Below, piece after piece: positions 51,413 through 59,886 of a stretch of DNA of 64,000 nt (positions are counted from its first letter, which is position 1; every line of letters starts with the position of its first letter). The position numbers and the translations under genes were made by a program. This DNA is from Escherichia phage vB_EcoM_CRJP21: sequence record OQ708376.1, one strand, 5' to 3'. The notes under the pieces are model-generated. The model was not told where the DNA came from. It searched no databases and was given only the letters and a program-made list of their open reading frames with translations.

Positions 51413-52522
51413 TTATTTTGGTAAATCAATTTTAGTAAAGACTGCAACATCCTCGATTGCACCTGGAATGGCGTAATACGATCCAGTACTATACACATCT
51501 CCATTTTTGGTTAATATCGATGTCAAACCATCACTAAAAAGAACATCCCTAATCTCACTAACTTCAACGGGTAATTGTAAATTGGTAGCACTATATATAG
51601 CACCAGTTTGAGAATTGTTTAATCCCAAACCACGGTTCGCCCCAACACCCTTCTGATATGTACTAGTAATTACCATTTGTGTAGCAGTATTTAAGGCAGG
51701 TGAATTCGTCATAAACAACGGAGAACTATTAGGCAAAGTACTTAAAGGAACTGCACGGAATGTAGTCGTACCTGAACTAAGAAAGTTTGGAGTTTGACCA
51801 CATACGAAATATGATGTACCATTATAGTAATTTAATGCATTACCACCAATGGCTGCATCGATTACACCAGAACTACGCAATCCCCAAGTGTTAATTTGTG
51901 TTTGGTTCCCCGTACCATGCTGCCCACTACTATTCCATCCAGAACTATATAGCTTATTATCTAATGTAAGATACATACTATCATTCGCATTGGTCATTAC
52001 TTTACGAACGTTCGTAGCACATTGAGTTAATGTGTAAATTGATGATGAACCAATACCCAAAGAACCACGATATCCATTATCTCCTGCACCATAGAGTACT
52101 GAATTAGTGCTAAGTACAAATATTAAACCATTTGTGCATACAATATTAGCAATTTCACTGACTGGTATAGCATTGGTAAACCAACTAGTCCTTTCAACTA
52201 ATACAGTACTGTAAGAAGTAGTTGTAGAAGATGAGAACCAGTACGTTTGACCTGATGTCCATATAGTATTATCATTTTTAATAATAACAAGTGTACGATC
52301 ACCCACGAAAAAATTAGAAACATCTGCACTTACTAATGTCCACGAAGACACCGTGTTGGTATTACCATTTCCAGATTCACCACCTTGATTTCTACCTATG
52401 TAATATAAATCATGTGAATCAGTCAATAAGAATTGACCTTGTGTAGAAGCACCAACTTTAATTATTTTTTTAGGACCAGGGACAATATTTCCATACCTAA
52501 TTATTCTTCCAAAAGGTAACAT
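51413..52522 (-). CDS. RCC1-like repeat protein, paralog 8
   Basis: MLPFGRIIRY leader; start trimmed. Confidence 0.7.
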   Translation of the reverse strand: MLPFGRIIRYGNIVPGPKKIIKVGASTQGQFLLTDSHDLYYIGRNQGGESGNGNTNTVSSWTLVSADVSNFFVGDRTLVIIKNDNTIWTSGQTYWFSSSTTTSYSTVLVERTSWFTNAIPVSEIANIVCTNGLIFVLSTNSVLYGAGDNGYRGSLGIGSSSIYTLTQCATNVRKVMTNANDSMYLTLDNKLYSSGWNSSGQHGTGNQTQINTWGLRSSGVIDAAIGGNALNYYNGTSYFVCGQTPNFLSSGTTTFRAVPLSTLPNSSPLFMTNSPALNTATQMVITSTYQKGVGANRGLGLNNSQTGAIYSATNLQLPVEVSEIRDVLFSDGLTSILTKNGDVYSTGSYYAIPGAIEDVAVFTKIDLPK

Positions 52523-52530
52523 ATTCCCTC

Positions 52531-53733
52531 CTATTGTTGCCATAACTGCGTTGGCATTAATGTTAGTGTAGTAATACTATAAGTGCCATCTGGCAATCTA
52601 CCACCATTTCCATTCCAGCCACCACATGCATATAATTTATAATCTTTAGTAATTATTATGGTTCTGCTCCAATCTTTAGATGCCATAAGAACATTTTCAT
52701 AACCACCACTTATTGCACTAAGATTAAAAATATTCCAAGTTCTAACTAATGTATTAGTTCCATTACCTTCTTGACCATATGAGTTAGCACCACTACTTCT
52801 AACATATGGTGCGTATTGTGCCATAGGTGCACCAATTGATGCATTTCCCATATTACTTGGACAAATAAAAGTACTGTACTTACTTACATCAACCGTGACC
52901 GATGTGTTCCTAATTGGTGTTAGCTGATTTACCGATGTAGTCGTACCATTACCCGCTTGTCCAGTACTGTTAGCCCCGCTATAATATACAGACCCACCAG
53001 TAGTAAACCACCAAGTAACATCGTATGTAGTACTAATATGTTCTACATTACTAATCACGAATTTGTTCAAATATACAACAGAACTACCACCACATCCACT
53101 TTCACCAAAGTTATCCTTACCACAAAACCATGCATCTTTATTTGATTTGATATAGTGCGTTCCTTGTAATGAACATGCCATATGTGTAACTTCACCCATA
53201 TTAGTCATAACTGTGAGTGTAGGGATGGAATTTTTATTACCAGAGCCACATTCACCATTGGTATTTCTTCCACACGCAATTACTCTACCATCGGTTAATA
53301 ATATTCTAGTACTTTCACCTATATATACACTCTTGATCATATTAGCCATAACACCTATTTTATTAAATGCAACAGTAACATCAGTCCATGTTGTCAAATA
53401 ACCATTAACAGGTGTTGCATCTCCATAATCAGAAAATGCAGCCACAGACCCAGTGTAGTATATTTTATTATCCAAATCAATCATCAACGAACCTTGAACA
53501 CCAAGCCAAAAGGCTGCACAGTTCCTTGCAAGTACTGTAAATGACGAAACTGCTGCTGAATTCCCAAGACCAAATTGATACATGTTATTACTACCATAAC
53601 CATATAAAGTATTAGTTGGGTTATGTAGATACATACAGTTTGTATAATGTTGTTGTAAAACATCTGAGAACTCTACAGGTTCTGGACCTGGTGCAATATT
53701 TGCGTACTTAACCATTCTTCCAAAAGGTAACAT
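52531..53733 (-). CDS. RCC1-like repeat protein, paralog 9
   Basis: MLPFGRMVKY leader. Confidence 0.7.
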   Translation of the reverse strand: MLPFGRMVKYANIAPGPEPVEFSDVLQQHYTNCMYLHNPTNTLYGYGSNNMYQFGLGNSAAVSSFTVLARNCAAFWLGVQGSLMIDLDNKIYYTGSVAAFSDYGDATPVNGYLTTWTDVTVAFNKIGVMANMIKSVYIGESTRILLTDGRVIACGRNTNGECGSGNKNSIPTLTVMTNMGEVTHMACSLQGTHYIKSNKDAWFCGKDNFGESGCGGSSVVYLNKFVISNVEHISTTYDVTWWFTTGGSVYYSGANSTGQAGNGTTTSVNQLTPIRNTSVTVDVSKYSTFICPSNMGNASIGAPMAQYAPYVRSSGANSYGQEGNGTNTLVRTWNIFNLSAISGGYENVLMASKDWSRTIIITKDYKLYACGGWNGNGGRLPDGTYSITTLTLMPTQLWQQ

Positions 53734-53835
53734 ATTTCCCTCCTTATTAATTATATCATATTTACCCCATAAAGAAAACCCTTGACATCCTTTCAGTACT
53801 GGTGTACTATAGAAGGAATATAAGGAGAACTACAC
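53734..53835. promoter_or_regulatory. divergent control region between the RCC1-like array (-) and the small-gene array (+)
   Basis: plus strand ttgaca-N17-tactat at about 53782-53810; minus strand tataat-like element plus SD aaggaggg. Confidence 0.5.
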
Positions 53836-54063
53836 ATGACAAATACTCTTAAGTACTACCTCAATACTCTAAATGAACTAGAGTACGGGGAATTTCTCGC
53901 GGATAGTTCGTGGCTAATTGAGCTAAAAAATTATAATAGTCCAGGATGCACCCTTATGATGAACAATGCAATTGATACCCTCATTGTGAGTATTTTACAC
54001 AGCAACATCTGCGGGGATAGCAATAAACAATTATCAAAAATCTTAGTACTGCTATCTATATGA
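53836..54063 (+). CDS. small protein, KEFY...LIYRY family member
   Basis: first of tandem ~60-aa paralogs. Confidence 0.55.
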   Translation: MTNTLKYYLNTLNELEYGEFLADSSWLIELKNYNSPGCTLMMNNAIDTLIVSILHSNICGDSNKQLSKILVLLSI

Positions 54064-54263
54064 ACATTGAACAGTACTACATCGATGCACTACCAACAAA
54101 AGGTCTACGAGAAAGCCTACTGTATACACAAAATACTTTTATACACTACAAACGTTGTCCTAAACTCCTGAACTCGTACAGGAGTAATATCATAAGAAAT
54201 GCTTTACAAGGGGCAGAAAGTATGCAATACTATTATATCCTTGCCCTTTTAATCGAGTACTAA
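54060..54263 (+). CDS. small protein, KEFY family
   Basis: tandem paralog. Confidence 0.55.
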   Translation: MNIEQYYIDALPTKGLRESLLYTQNTFIHYKRCPKLLNSYRSNIIRNALQGAESMQYYYILALLIEY

Positions 54264-54264
54264 T

Positions 54265-54474
54265 ATGAATACTGAACATAAAGAATTCTACACCAAATAC
54301 CTTAGCAACGAAGAACAATTGTTTCTAAGGAGTGTATCACCTTTAAGTATAGATACACCACACGCCAGAGATTGCTTTAATAATTGTATACGTAGTACTA
54401 TAGAAGCAATCGAATGTAATAACAAAAATATTATGTACTCAGGTTTAATAGGACTAATATATTTCTATGAATAA
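54265..54474 (+). CDS. small protein, KEFY family
   Basis: MNTEHKEFY...; close paralog of 57105..57314. Confidence 0.6.
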   Translation: MNTEHKEFYTKYLSNEEQLFLRSVSPLSIDTPHARDCFNNCIRSTIEAIECNNKNIMYSGLIGLIYFYE

Positions 54475-54661
54475 TCATAAAGATTTCTATTGTAGTAAAC
54501 TACCCAAACAAGAACAGCTATCATTCTCTTTAGCACCACCTATGAGAAAGGATAATCTGTATTATAATTACGATTTCAGGATGGTGACACGTTATGCAAT
54601 AGAACATACGTTCCCTGCAACTAAGTACCGCTCTATCCTGAACCTCATCTTTAAGTTCTAA
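54467..54661 (+). CDS. small protein, KEFY family
   Basis: MNNHKDFY...; paralog of 57307..57495. Confidence 0.6.
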   Translation: MNNHKDFYCSKLPKQEQLSFSLAPPMRKDNLYYNYDFRMVTRYAIEHTFPATKYRSILNLIFKF

Positions 54662-54708
54662 AAGGTACACCAGGGACCGAGTACTTTAACATAGTAAGGC
54701 TAATTACA

Positions 54709-54894
54709 ATGAATCATATAAGCTACTACTACCAACAACTATCCGACAGAGACAAGTACAGTCACAACTCCCATGTGTGGTACTACAAACGCGGCAGTAT
54801 AAGAGACAAACAACATTACTTCTGTATTTCTATTAAAGAAGCACTGACAACTAAGTACACGTACCGAGCAGTACTGAAACTTATTGAAATGTAA
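54709..54894 (+). CDS. small protein, KEFY family
   Basis: tandem paralog. Confidence 0.55.
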   Translation: MNHISYYYQQLSDRDKYSHNSHVWYYKRGSIRDKQHYFCISIKEALTTKYTYRAVLKLIEM

Positions 54895-54902
54895 GGAAGA
54901 AA

Positions 54903-55085
54903 ATGAACATAGAATTCTATTTAACTAAACTACAACACGCCGAAAGATTCAACTTCAATAAGTTCAATATTTTCTACAATTGCGGGAACAAAAAAGATAA
55001 ACACACCTTCCTATATGTCGTCACAAGAGATGCACAAAACGAAAAGTACACATACAGAGAAGTAATGAAACTAATCGCTATTTAA
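54903..55085 (+). CDS. small protein, KEFY family
   Basis: tandem paralog; ...KYTYREVMKLIAI. Confidence 0.55.
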   Translation: MNIEFYLTKLQHAERFNFNKFNIFYNCGNKKDKHTFLYVVTRDAQNEKYTYREVMKLIAI

Positions 55086-55093
55086 GGAATACT

Positions 55094-55272
55094 ATGCAAC
55101 AATTCTATAGAGAACGTATAACCATAAAAGACCGTTTCATGTACGACACCTTCGTGAAGTACTACAAACTAGGAACAAAAAGTACTAAAAATATTAATCT
55201 CAATAGCTGCATTTATGCTGTACTAACACAAGATAATCCCTACAGGGAAATCCTCGCCCTGGCATCTATATA
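55094..55272 (+). CDS. small protein, KEFY family (59 aa)
   Basis: hand-translated MQQFYRERITIKDRF...; below track cutoff. Confidence 0.45.
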
Positions 55273-55283
55273 AAGGAAACCAA

Positions 55284-55955
55284 ATGAAACTTAATGCACA
55301 CAGCAAACAATACCTTAAGCACTTTAAGTACCTCAATAGTATTCAGGCAGAATCAGTTACATCTGCATATACGTATCACCCGAATGTACTAAAGAAACGA
55401 AATAAAAAGGAAAAATCCAGTACAAATGGAGTTAACGTATCAAAGAACCTTGAATTGTACATGAAGAAAAATAATATAGCTGTTCATTATATGAATATCT
55501 ATAATACTGATTTAAAAGTATTGAGTACTAATACGAGCACAAAGGTACTAAAGAACGCATCCTTCATCATCAATATGCAGTTGGATAATACCCCGTGCAC
55601 TTTAATGCTATACTTCGGGAATACATACTTCTTCGGGAATTGTAACACCTCCCACGATGTCAATACAGCACAATTCCAAATGGGTGGCATATACTCTACT
55701 GATGCAGAAAAAGTACACGAGAATATGCACTTCTGGCAAGCACAACGTACAGAAGAAACTGATACAGTACTACAATTCCTCAAAGAATTACAAGGCAAAG
55801 AATTATCCGAGGAAGAACTATTCATGTACAGTACTGTAATCGATAATCCAGCACTCTATAAAAATGCGTACAATCTGACAAAACATGTACAGGAAATTAT
55901 CAGTACTAATAAGAAAATGCATCACCTCATTACGTATATTACAAACTATGTATAA
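55284..55955 (+). CDS. hypothetical protein (223 aa) inserted within the small-gene array
   Basis: ORF; unrelated to flanking paralogs. Confidence 0.6.
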   Translation: MKLNAHSKQYLKHFKYLNSIQAESVTSAYTYHPNVLKKRNKKEKSSTNGVNVSKNLELYMKKNNIAVHYMNIYNTDLKVLSTNTSTKVLKNASFIINMQLDNTPCTLMLYFGNTYFFGNCNTSHDVNTAQFQMGGIYSTDAEKVHENMHFWQAQRTEETDTVLQFLKELQGKELSEEELFMYSTVIDNPALYKNAYNLTKHVQEIISTNKKMHHLITYITNYV

Positions 55956-56148
55956 AGAATTCTACATAAAAGAACTACCAAAGTTTCTACAAGGAAATCT
56001 ATTAGAAGATGAACCTCGCGGTATTGACTGTATATATGAAGCTGATTACTTCCGTACATGTACTGAACAAGTACTTAATGAAGAAGCTAATGAAAACAAT
56101 TATCAAGTACAACTGTACCACACCCTGTACCTTGCGTTCCAGTACTAA
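55948..56148 (+). CDS. small protein, KEFY family
   Basis: MYKEFYIKEL...; trimmed from track ORF 55885. Confidence 0.55.
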   Translation: MYKEFYIKELPKFLQGNLLEDEPRGIDCIYEADYFRTCTEQVLNEEANENNYQVQLYHTLYLAFQY

Positions 56149-56157
56149 GGATAATAT

Positions 56158-56343
56158 ATGTATAAAGAATACTACATAGAGAAACTCCCAATGTATCTCC
56201 AACACCTTGTACCAAACGTTGCATTGGGTATAGAAAAAAACTACGAAAAAGACTACTTCATTCAGTGCACTAAATCCTCGATATATATTGAAGACTATAA
56301 TCGAGTACTGTATCATATCCTTTTACTAATATATAGGTACTAA
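56158..56343 (+). CDS. small protein, KEFY family
   Basis: MYKEYY...LLLIYRY. Confidence 0.6.
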   Translation: MYKEYYIEKLPMYLQHLVPNVALGIEKNYEKDYFIQCTKSSIYIEDYNRVLYHILLLIYRY

Positions 56344-56344
56344 T

Positions 56345-56527
56345 ATGCACAAAGAATACTACACACAATTTCTCCCCAGCATTTTTGAACACTACGCCAG
56401 ATATAAAGTCCCTATGGATAACGATTTGGCAGTACTGGGATTCAATAACTGCATAGAACGAAGTATAGAAAATAGTAGTAGTTATGACCAGCTATATAAC
56501 ACTATCCTACTTATATTCAGGTACTAA
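56345..56527 (+). CDS. small protein, KEFY family
   Basis: MHKEYY...ILLIFRY. Confidence 0.6.
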   Translation: MHKEYYTQFLPSIFEHYARYKVPMDNDLAVLGFNNCIERSIENSSSYDQLYNTILLIFRY

Positions 56528-56528
56528 C

Positions 56529-56717
56529 ATGCATAAAGAATACTACACAAAACATTTCCCAATGTACCTCAGAACTAATCTATTAGATAAACCTCGCGGT
56601 ATCAATGCACAAAACGATAAAGTGTACTTTACTATGTGCACTAAAGCATGTATACTAGATTTTGACAGCTATCATCGAGTACTGTATCATACCCTGTACC
56701 TAGCTTTCGTATTCTAA
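56529..56717 (+). CDS. small protein, KEFY family
   Basis: MHKEYY...; trimmed from track ORF 56484. Confidence 0.6.
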   Translation: MHKEYYTKHFPMYLRTNLLDKPRGINAQNDKVYFTMCTKACILDFDSYHRVLYHTLYLAFVF

Positions 56718-56726
56718 GAGAACAAT

Positions 56727-56912
56727 ATGCATAAAGAATTCTACTTAAGCCATCTCGATCTAAACTCCCAAATGCTTATACCACAAATCCCAATAGATAT
56801 CAAGGATAAGAAAAATACCGAACAATTCATTTACCATACACAGTGTGCGATCACCCCAAATTACATTCCATATGAATTGTACTACATTCTCGCCCTAATA
56901 TATAGGTACTAA
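56727..56912 (+). CDS. small protein, KEFY family
   Basis: MHKEFY...LALIYRY. Confidence 0.6.
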   Translation: MHKEFYLSHLDLNSQMLIPQIPIDIKDKKNTEQFIYHTQCAITPNYIPYELYYILALIYRY

Positions 56913-56913
56913 T

Positions 56914-57099
56914 ATGCATAGAGAATACTACACACAATTTGTTAAAGGGAACTACAAACATGCCGTACCCAGAACCCCTTTAAATTTTCATGACCCAAGT
57001 ACTATATTCTTGTTCCATGACGCAATACGTACAGTACTCAATACTAAAGATGAAGATGTGCAGTACGTATTCTTACTATTACTTATATACAGACACTAA
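56914..57099 (+). CDS. small protein, KEFY family
   Basis: MHREYY...LLLIYRH. Confidence 0.6.
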   Translation: MHREYYTQFVKGNYKHAVPRTPLNFHDPSTIFLFHDAIRTVLNTKDEDVQYVFLLLLIYRH

Positions 57100-57104
57100 C
57101 TAAT

Positions 57105-57314
57105 ATGAATAAAGAACATAAAGAATTCTACTCCAAATACATAAGCCCCTCAGAACAAATGTTTCTAAGGACTACTCCACCTTTAAGTACTAATACATTT
57201 TTCGGCAGAGTATGCTACAATAATTGTATTCAAATGACTTTAAACGCAAACGAAGATGGTAACAGTACTAACCTGTACTCAGGTATCATAGGTATACTAT
57301 TCCTGTATGAATAA
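57105..57314 (+). CDS. small protein, KEFY family
   Basis: MNKEHKEFY... Confidence 0.6.
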   Translation: MNKEHKEFYSKYISPSEQMFLRTTPPLSTNTFFGRVCYNNCIQMTLNANEDGNSTNLYSGIIGILFLYE

Positions 57315-57495
57315 TTACAAAGACTTCTATTTGAATACACTACCTACTGTACTTTCTCTAAGTGCTCAATGTAAAATCCCGCTGGATAATGCTTACGCCA
57401 GATATAGCTATTCCATAACTGTTAATCGATGTATAGAGAATCATTGCAGTACTAACCAGTACTATAACATAATCCTACTTATATTCAGGTACTAA
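57307..57495 (+). CDS. small protein, KEFY family
   Basis: MNNYKDFY...ILLIFRY. Confidence 0.6.
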   Translation: MNNYKDFYLNTLPTVLSLSAQCKIPLDNAYARYSYSITVNRCIENHCSTNQYYNIILLIFRY

Positions 57496-57496
57496 T

Positions 57497-57679
57497 ATGA
57501 ATAAAGAACATAAAGAATTCTATATACGAAAACTAACATTCGTCCCCGTAAGAATATATAAAGAATGCGACCCAAGATTATACCTATGGCACTTCAATGA
57601 GTGCATAAAAGATTCTATATACCCTAAGAACTACAAAGAACAATTGTGCTCAGTACTAACACTAGTACTATCATATTAA
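57497..57679 (+). CDS. small protein, KEFY family
   Basis: MNKEHKEFY... Confidence 0.6.
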   Translation: MNKEHKEFYIRKLTFVPVRIYKECDPRLYLWHFNECIKDSIYPKNYKEQLCSVLTLVLSY

Positions 57680-57694
57680 TTAATAGAGAATACT

Positions 57695-57886
57695 ATGTAT
57701 AAAAACTTCTATATAAGTAAACTAAAAGAAAATGAACAAGTATGGATTAGATCTATAATAGTACTGGCATTTAATAGATATGCATTTAACAGATGTACCG
57801 AGATTGCTATAGACCCTTATAATATTAAAGAGAATGTACAGTATAATCAGTACTACTATATCTTAATGCTTATATATAGGAAGTAA
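57695..57886 (+). CDS. small protein, KEFY family
   Basis: MYKNFY...LMLIYRK. Confidence 0.6.
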   Translation: MYKNFYISKLKENEQVWIRSIIVLAFNRYAFNRCTEIAIDPYNIKENVQYNQYYYILMLIYRK

Positions 57887-58514
57887 TTAAACACAAGTAG
57901 ACAGGGGAAGCTCCTAGTGAACAACCTTTATGTACAGGCGAATTGTTAAAATTCAGCCTGGACAAATGCGATCACTAGGATTCTCCCCAGGCTAAACCCC
58001 GTAATCATAGGTAGTCATAAGTAATCATATATAAACATTTATATGAGCACCGTAGAATCACAGAATGATTATATATGATTCAGTACTGATTAGTATAGAC
58101 AAGAATTCTCAAGAATGCACGGGAAGGATTCAGTACTGATATGCCACTAAGTAGGCAGAGGAAGTCTGCCGTACTTTGTAGTTTCCAAGCTCCTTTTCCA
58201 TTTTTCAAATTACATCAAATGTAATCAAAAGTAATCACGCAATGATTAGTACTGAATTATTACTTTCACCTTAATTACAATTACCCTTTTACCCTTCGGG
58301 GTAAAATTCAATTACCCCTTGAGGCTCCAGCAAAAAGTTGGTTAGTACTCCATCCTAAATCTCGATCCTAAAAATTTTGGAGTACCTATGAAATAAAAGT
58401 TGGATCTTCGAAAGTTGAAATTTACGTTGGGACGTTTATGATTTGTGGGATATAATGATGTTTGTAGACGGGTAGTTCTCAAGAATATCAGTACTGAAAG
58501 ATGAAAGAAAGTTA

Positions 58515-58542
58515 TTGACTTTATGATTCAGTACTGTATAAT
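58515..58542 (+). promoter_or_regulatory. orphan sigma70-like promoter in ORF-poor region
   Basis: ttgact-N16-tataat; no credible ORF within about 1 kb downstream. Confidence 0.5.
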
Positions 58543-58869
58543 GTTCTACATAGGGTGATGAGTTGCTGCGAACAATTCATTTACTCTACCTCCTGTCGTG
58601 AGACAGTACAGAAAAGATAGTTCCTCCTGTGGTGGTACATCTTTTTGAACCTCATATGAAAATCGTAATAACAGTACTGATATTAACAGAATGGTGTCAG
58701 TACTGATTTTAATCTAAAGCATTATGCCACCAGCACAAGCTGGTGGATTCCCTCTAACAGTATTCAGTACTACATGATGGTCTTCATCCTCCTAGGGTAA
58801 CATAGTGAGGGCTATGATGGCAGTACTGAATACTCCCTTTCAAAAGATAGATCTATGGTATAGTACTGA

Positions 58870-59060
58870 CGGATTTTGGGCGTAGTTACCCTGGATGGAT
58901 TTTGGGCGTAGATATGTCTAGCCCTCCAGAAGTCTGGAAGTAAAGATGGCTATCCATCTAGACGGCTAAACGGCTAGATTTCTGGATGGCTGGATGGCTA
59001 GACGTTTGGACGGCTAAACGGCTAGATGGTTACACGTCTGGAAGTATAGACGGCTAAATC
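58870..59060. repeat. iteron-like short direct repeats
   Basis: GATTTTGGGCGTAG at 58872 and 58889 (variant at 59221); GACGGCTAAACGGCTAGAT at 58961 and 59009; GGATGGCT x2; GACGGCTAAA x3. Confidence 0.6.
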
Positions 59061-59683
59061 AAAATTTTATTTTGTTTTTTCCAATAGTTCCCCTACCGCG
59101 TGGGGATAGTTTCCCCGCAGTATCTGGTGTTAGATTTTTCTGAATCTGGAATCATTATCTTATAAACTGGGGGCAATGTCAACGGCCTGGCCGGATATTT
59201 TTAAAAATTTTTTCAGTACTGAATTTTGGGCGTAACTATGCACCCGGTGGGCTTGAGTCTTTCTCGACTTGATGGAACTATTATACAGTACTGGAAAAAT
59301 AAAGCAATACCCTGGAAGCAAAAAAGTTTTAATTAATTTGCTTGCTATCCTGGGCCGGACTATGGTACTATATTTCAGTACTGAGAAAGTGCGTTTACCT
59401 GCTAGGGTGCGGGAGTGTATCCTTTTTTTATATCTTGAATTTTGGACGGATCTTCCCACCCCCTGGGGTATCCGCTTTCTCGCGTCTATGTAGTAATTAT
59501 ACGCTTTTTCAGGATCAAGTCAATACCTAAAAACAAAATAATTGAAAATAATTTAACGCGTTTAAACGGCCTGTAAAGCCCTGGAATGATTGGAATGGTG
59601 CAAATGTATAGCTTATGTGTATTAATGCGTTAGAATGCGTCTGAGGACGTTTTACGGGGTATAGGGATGATTTAGTGGATTGA

Positions 59684-59772
59684 TTCAGTACTGAATAATA
59701 GTACTCCTATATAGAAAGATAGTTCCCCTGGATGATTGCAGTACTGAATAATAGTACTCCTATATAGAAAGA
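59684..59772. repeat. two copies of a ~35-bp direct repeat
   Basis: tcagtactgaataatagtactcctatatagaaaga at about 59686 and about 59737. Confidence 0.6.
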
Positions 59773-59802
59773 AAACTATTTTAAAAGTATTTGTAGAAAG
59801 TA

Positions 59803-59865
59803 CTTGCACCGTACTGATAAAAGCGTATAATGTTTTACATCGAGAGCGGGAACACTTCCCGCTAC
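59803..59865 (+). promoter_or_regulatory. early promoter plus 5'-UTR stem-loop module
   Basis: acttgcac...tataat then hairpin agcggga-acac-ttcccgct. Confidence 0.55.
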
Positions 59866-59886
59866 ACATTAAGAGAGATTAAAACG

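Noticed and set aside
43445-53401. Plus-strand ORFs inside the RCC1-like genes (43445, 43500, 47700, 49428, 51032, 52957, 53213)
   Set aside because: Antisense shadows of the minus-strand paralogs, with no RBS or promoter.
53836-57886. Periodic ~190-bp pattern considered as a non-coding tandem repeat or CRISPR-like array
   Set aside because: Each unit is a complete ORF with start, stop and often ATGA coupling, and the conservation is protein-like (conserved N- and C-terminal residues, variable middle).
59160-59530. ORFs 59160..59459 (-), 59269..59493 (+) and 59342..59530 (+) in the iteron region
   Set aside because: Mutually overlapping, no RBS, and they cross direct repeats and promoter elements. 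The region is better explained as non-coding.
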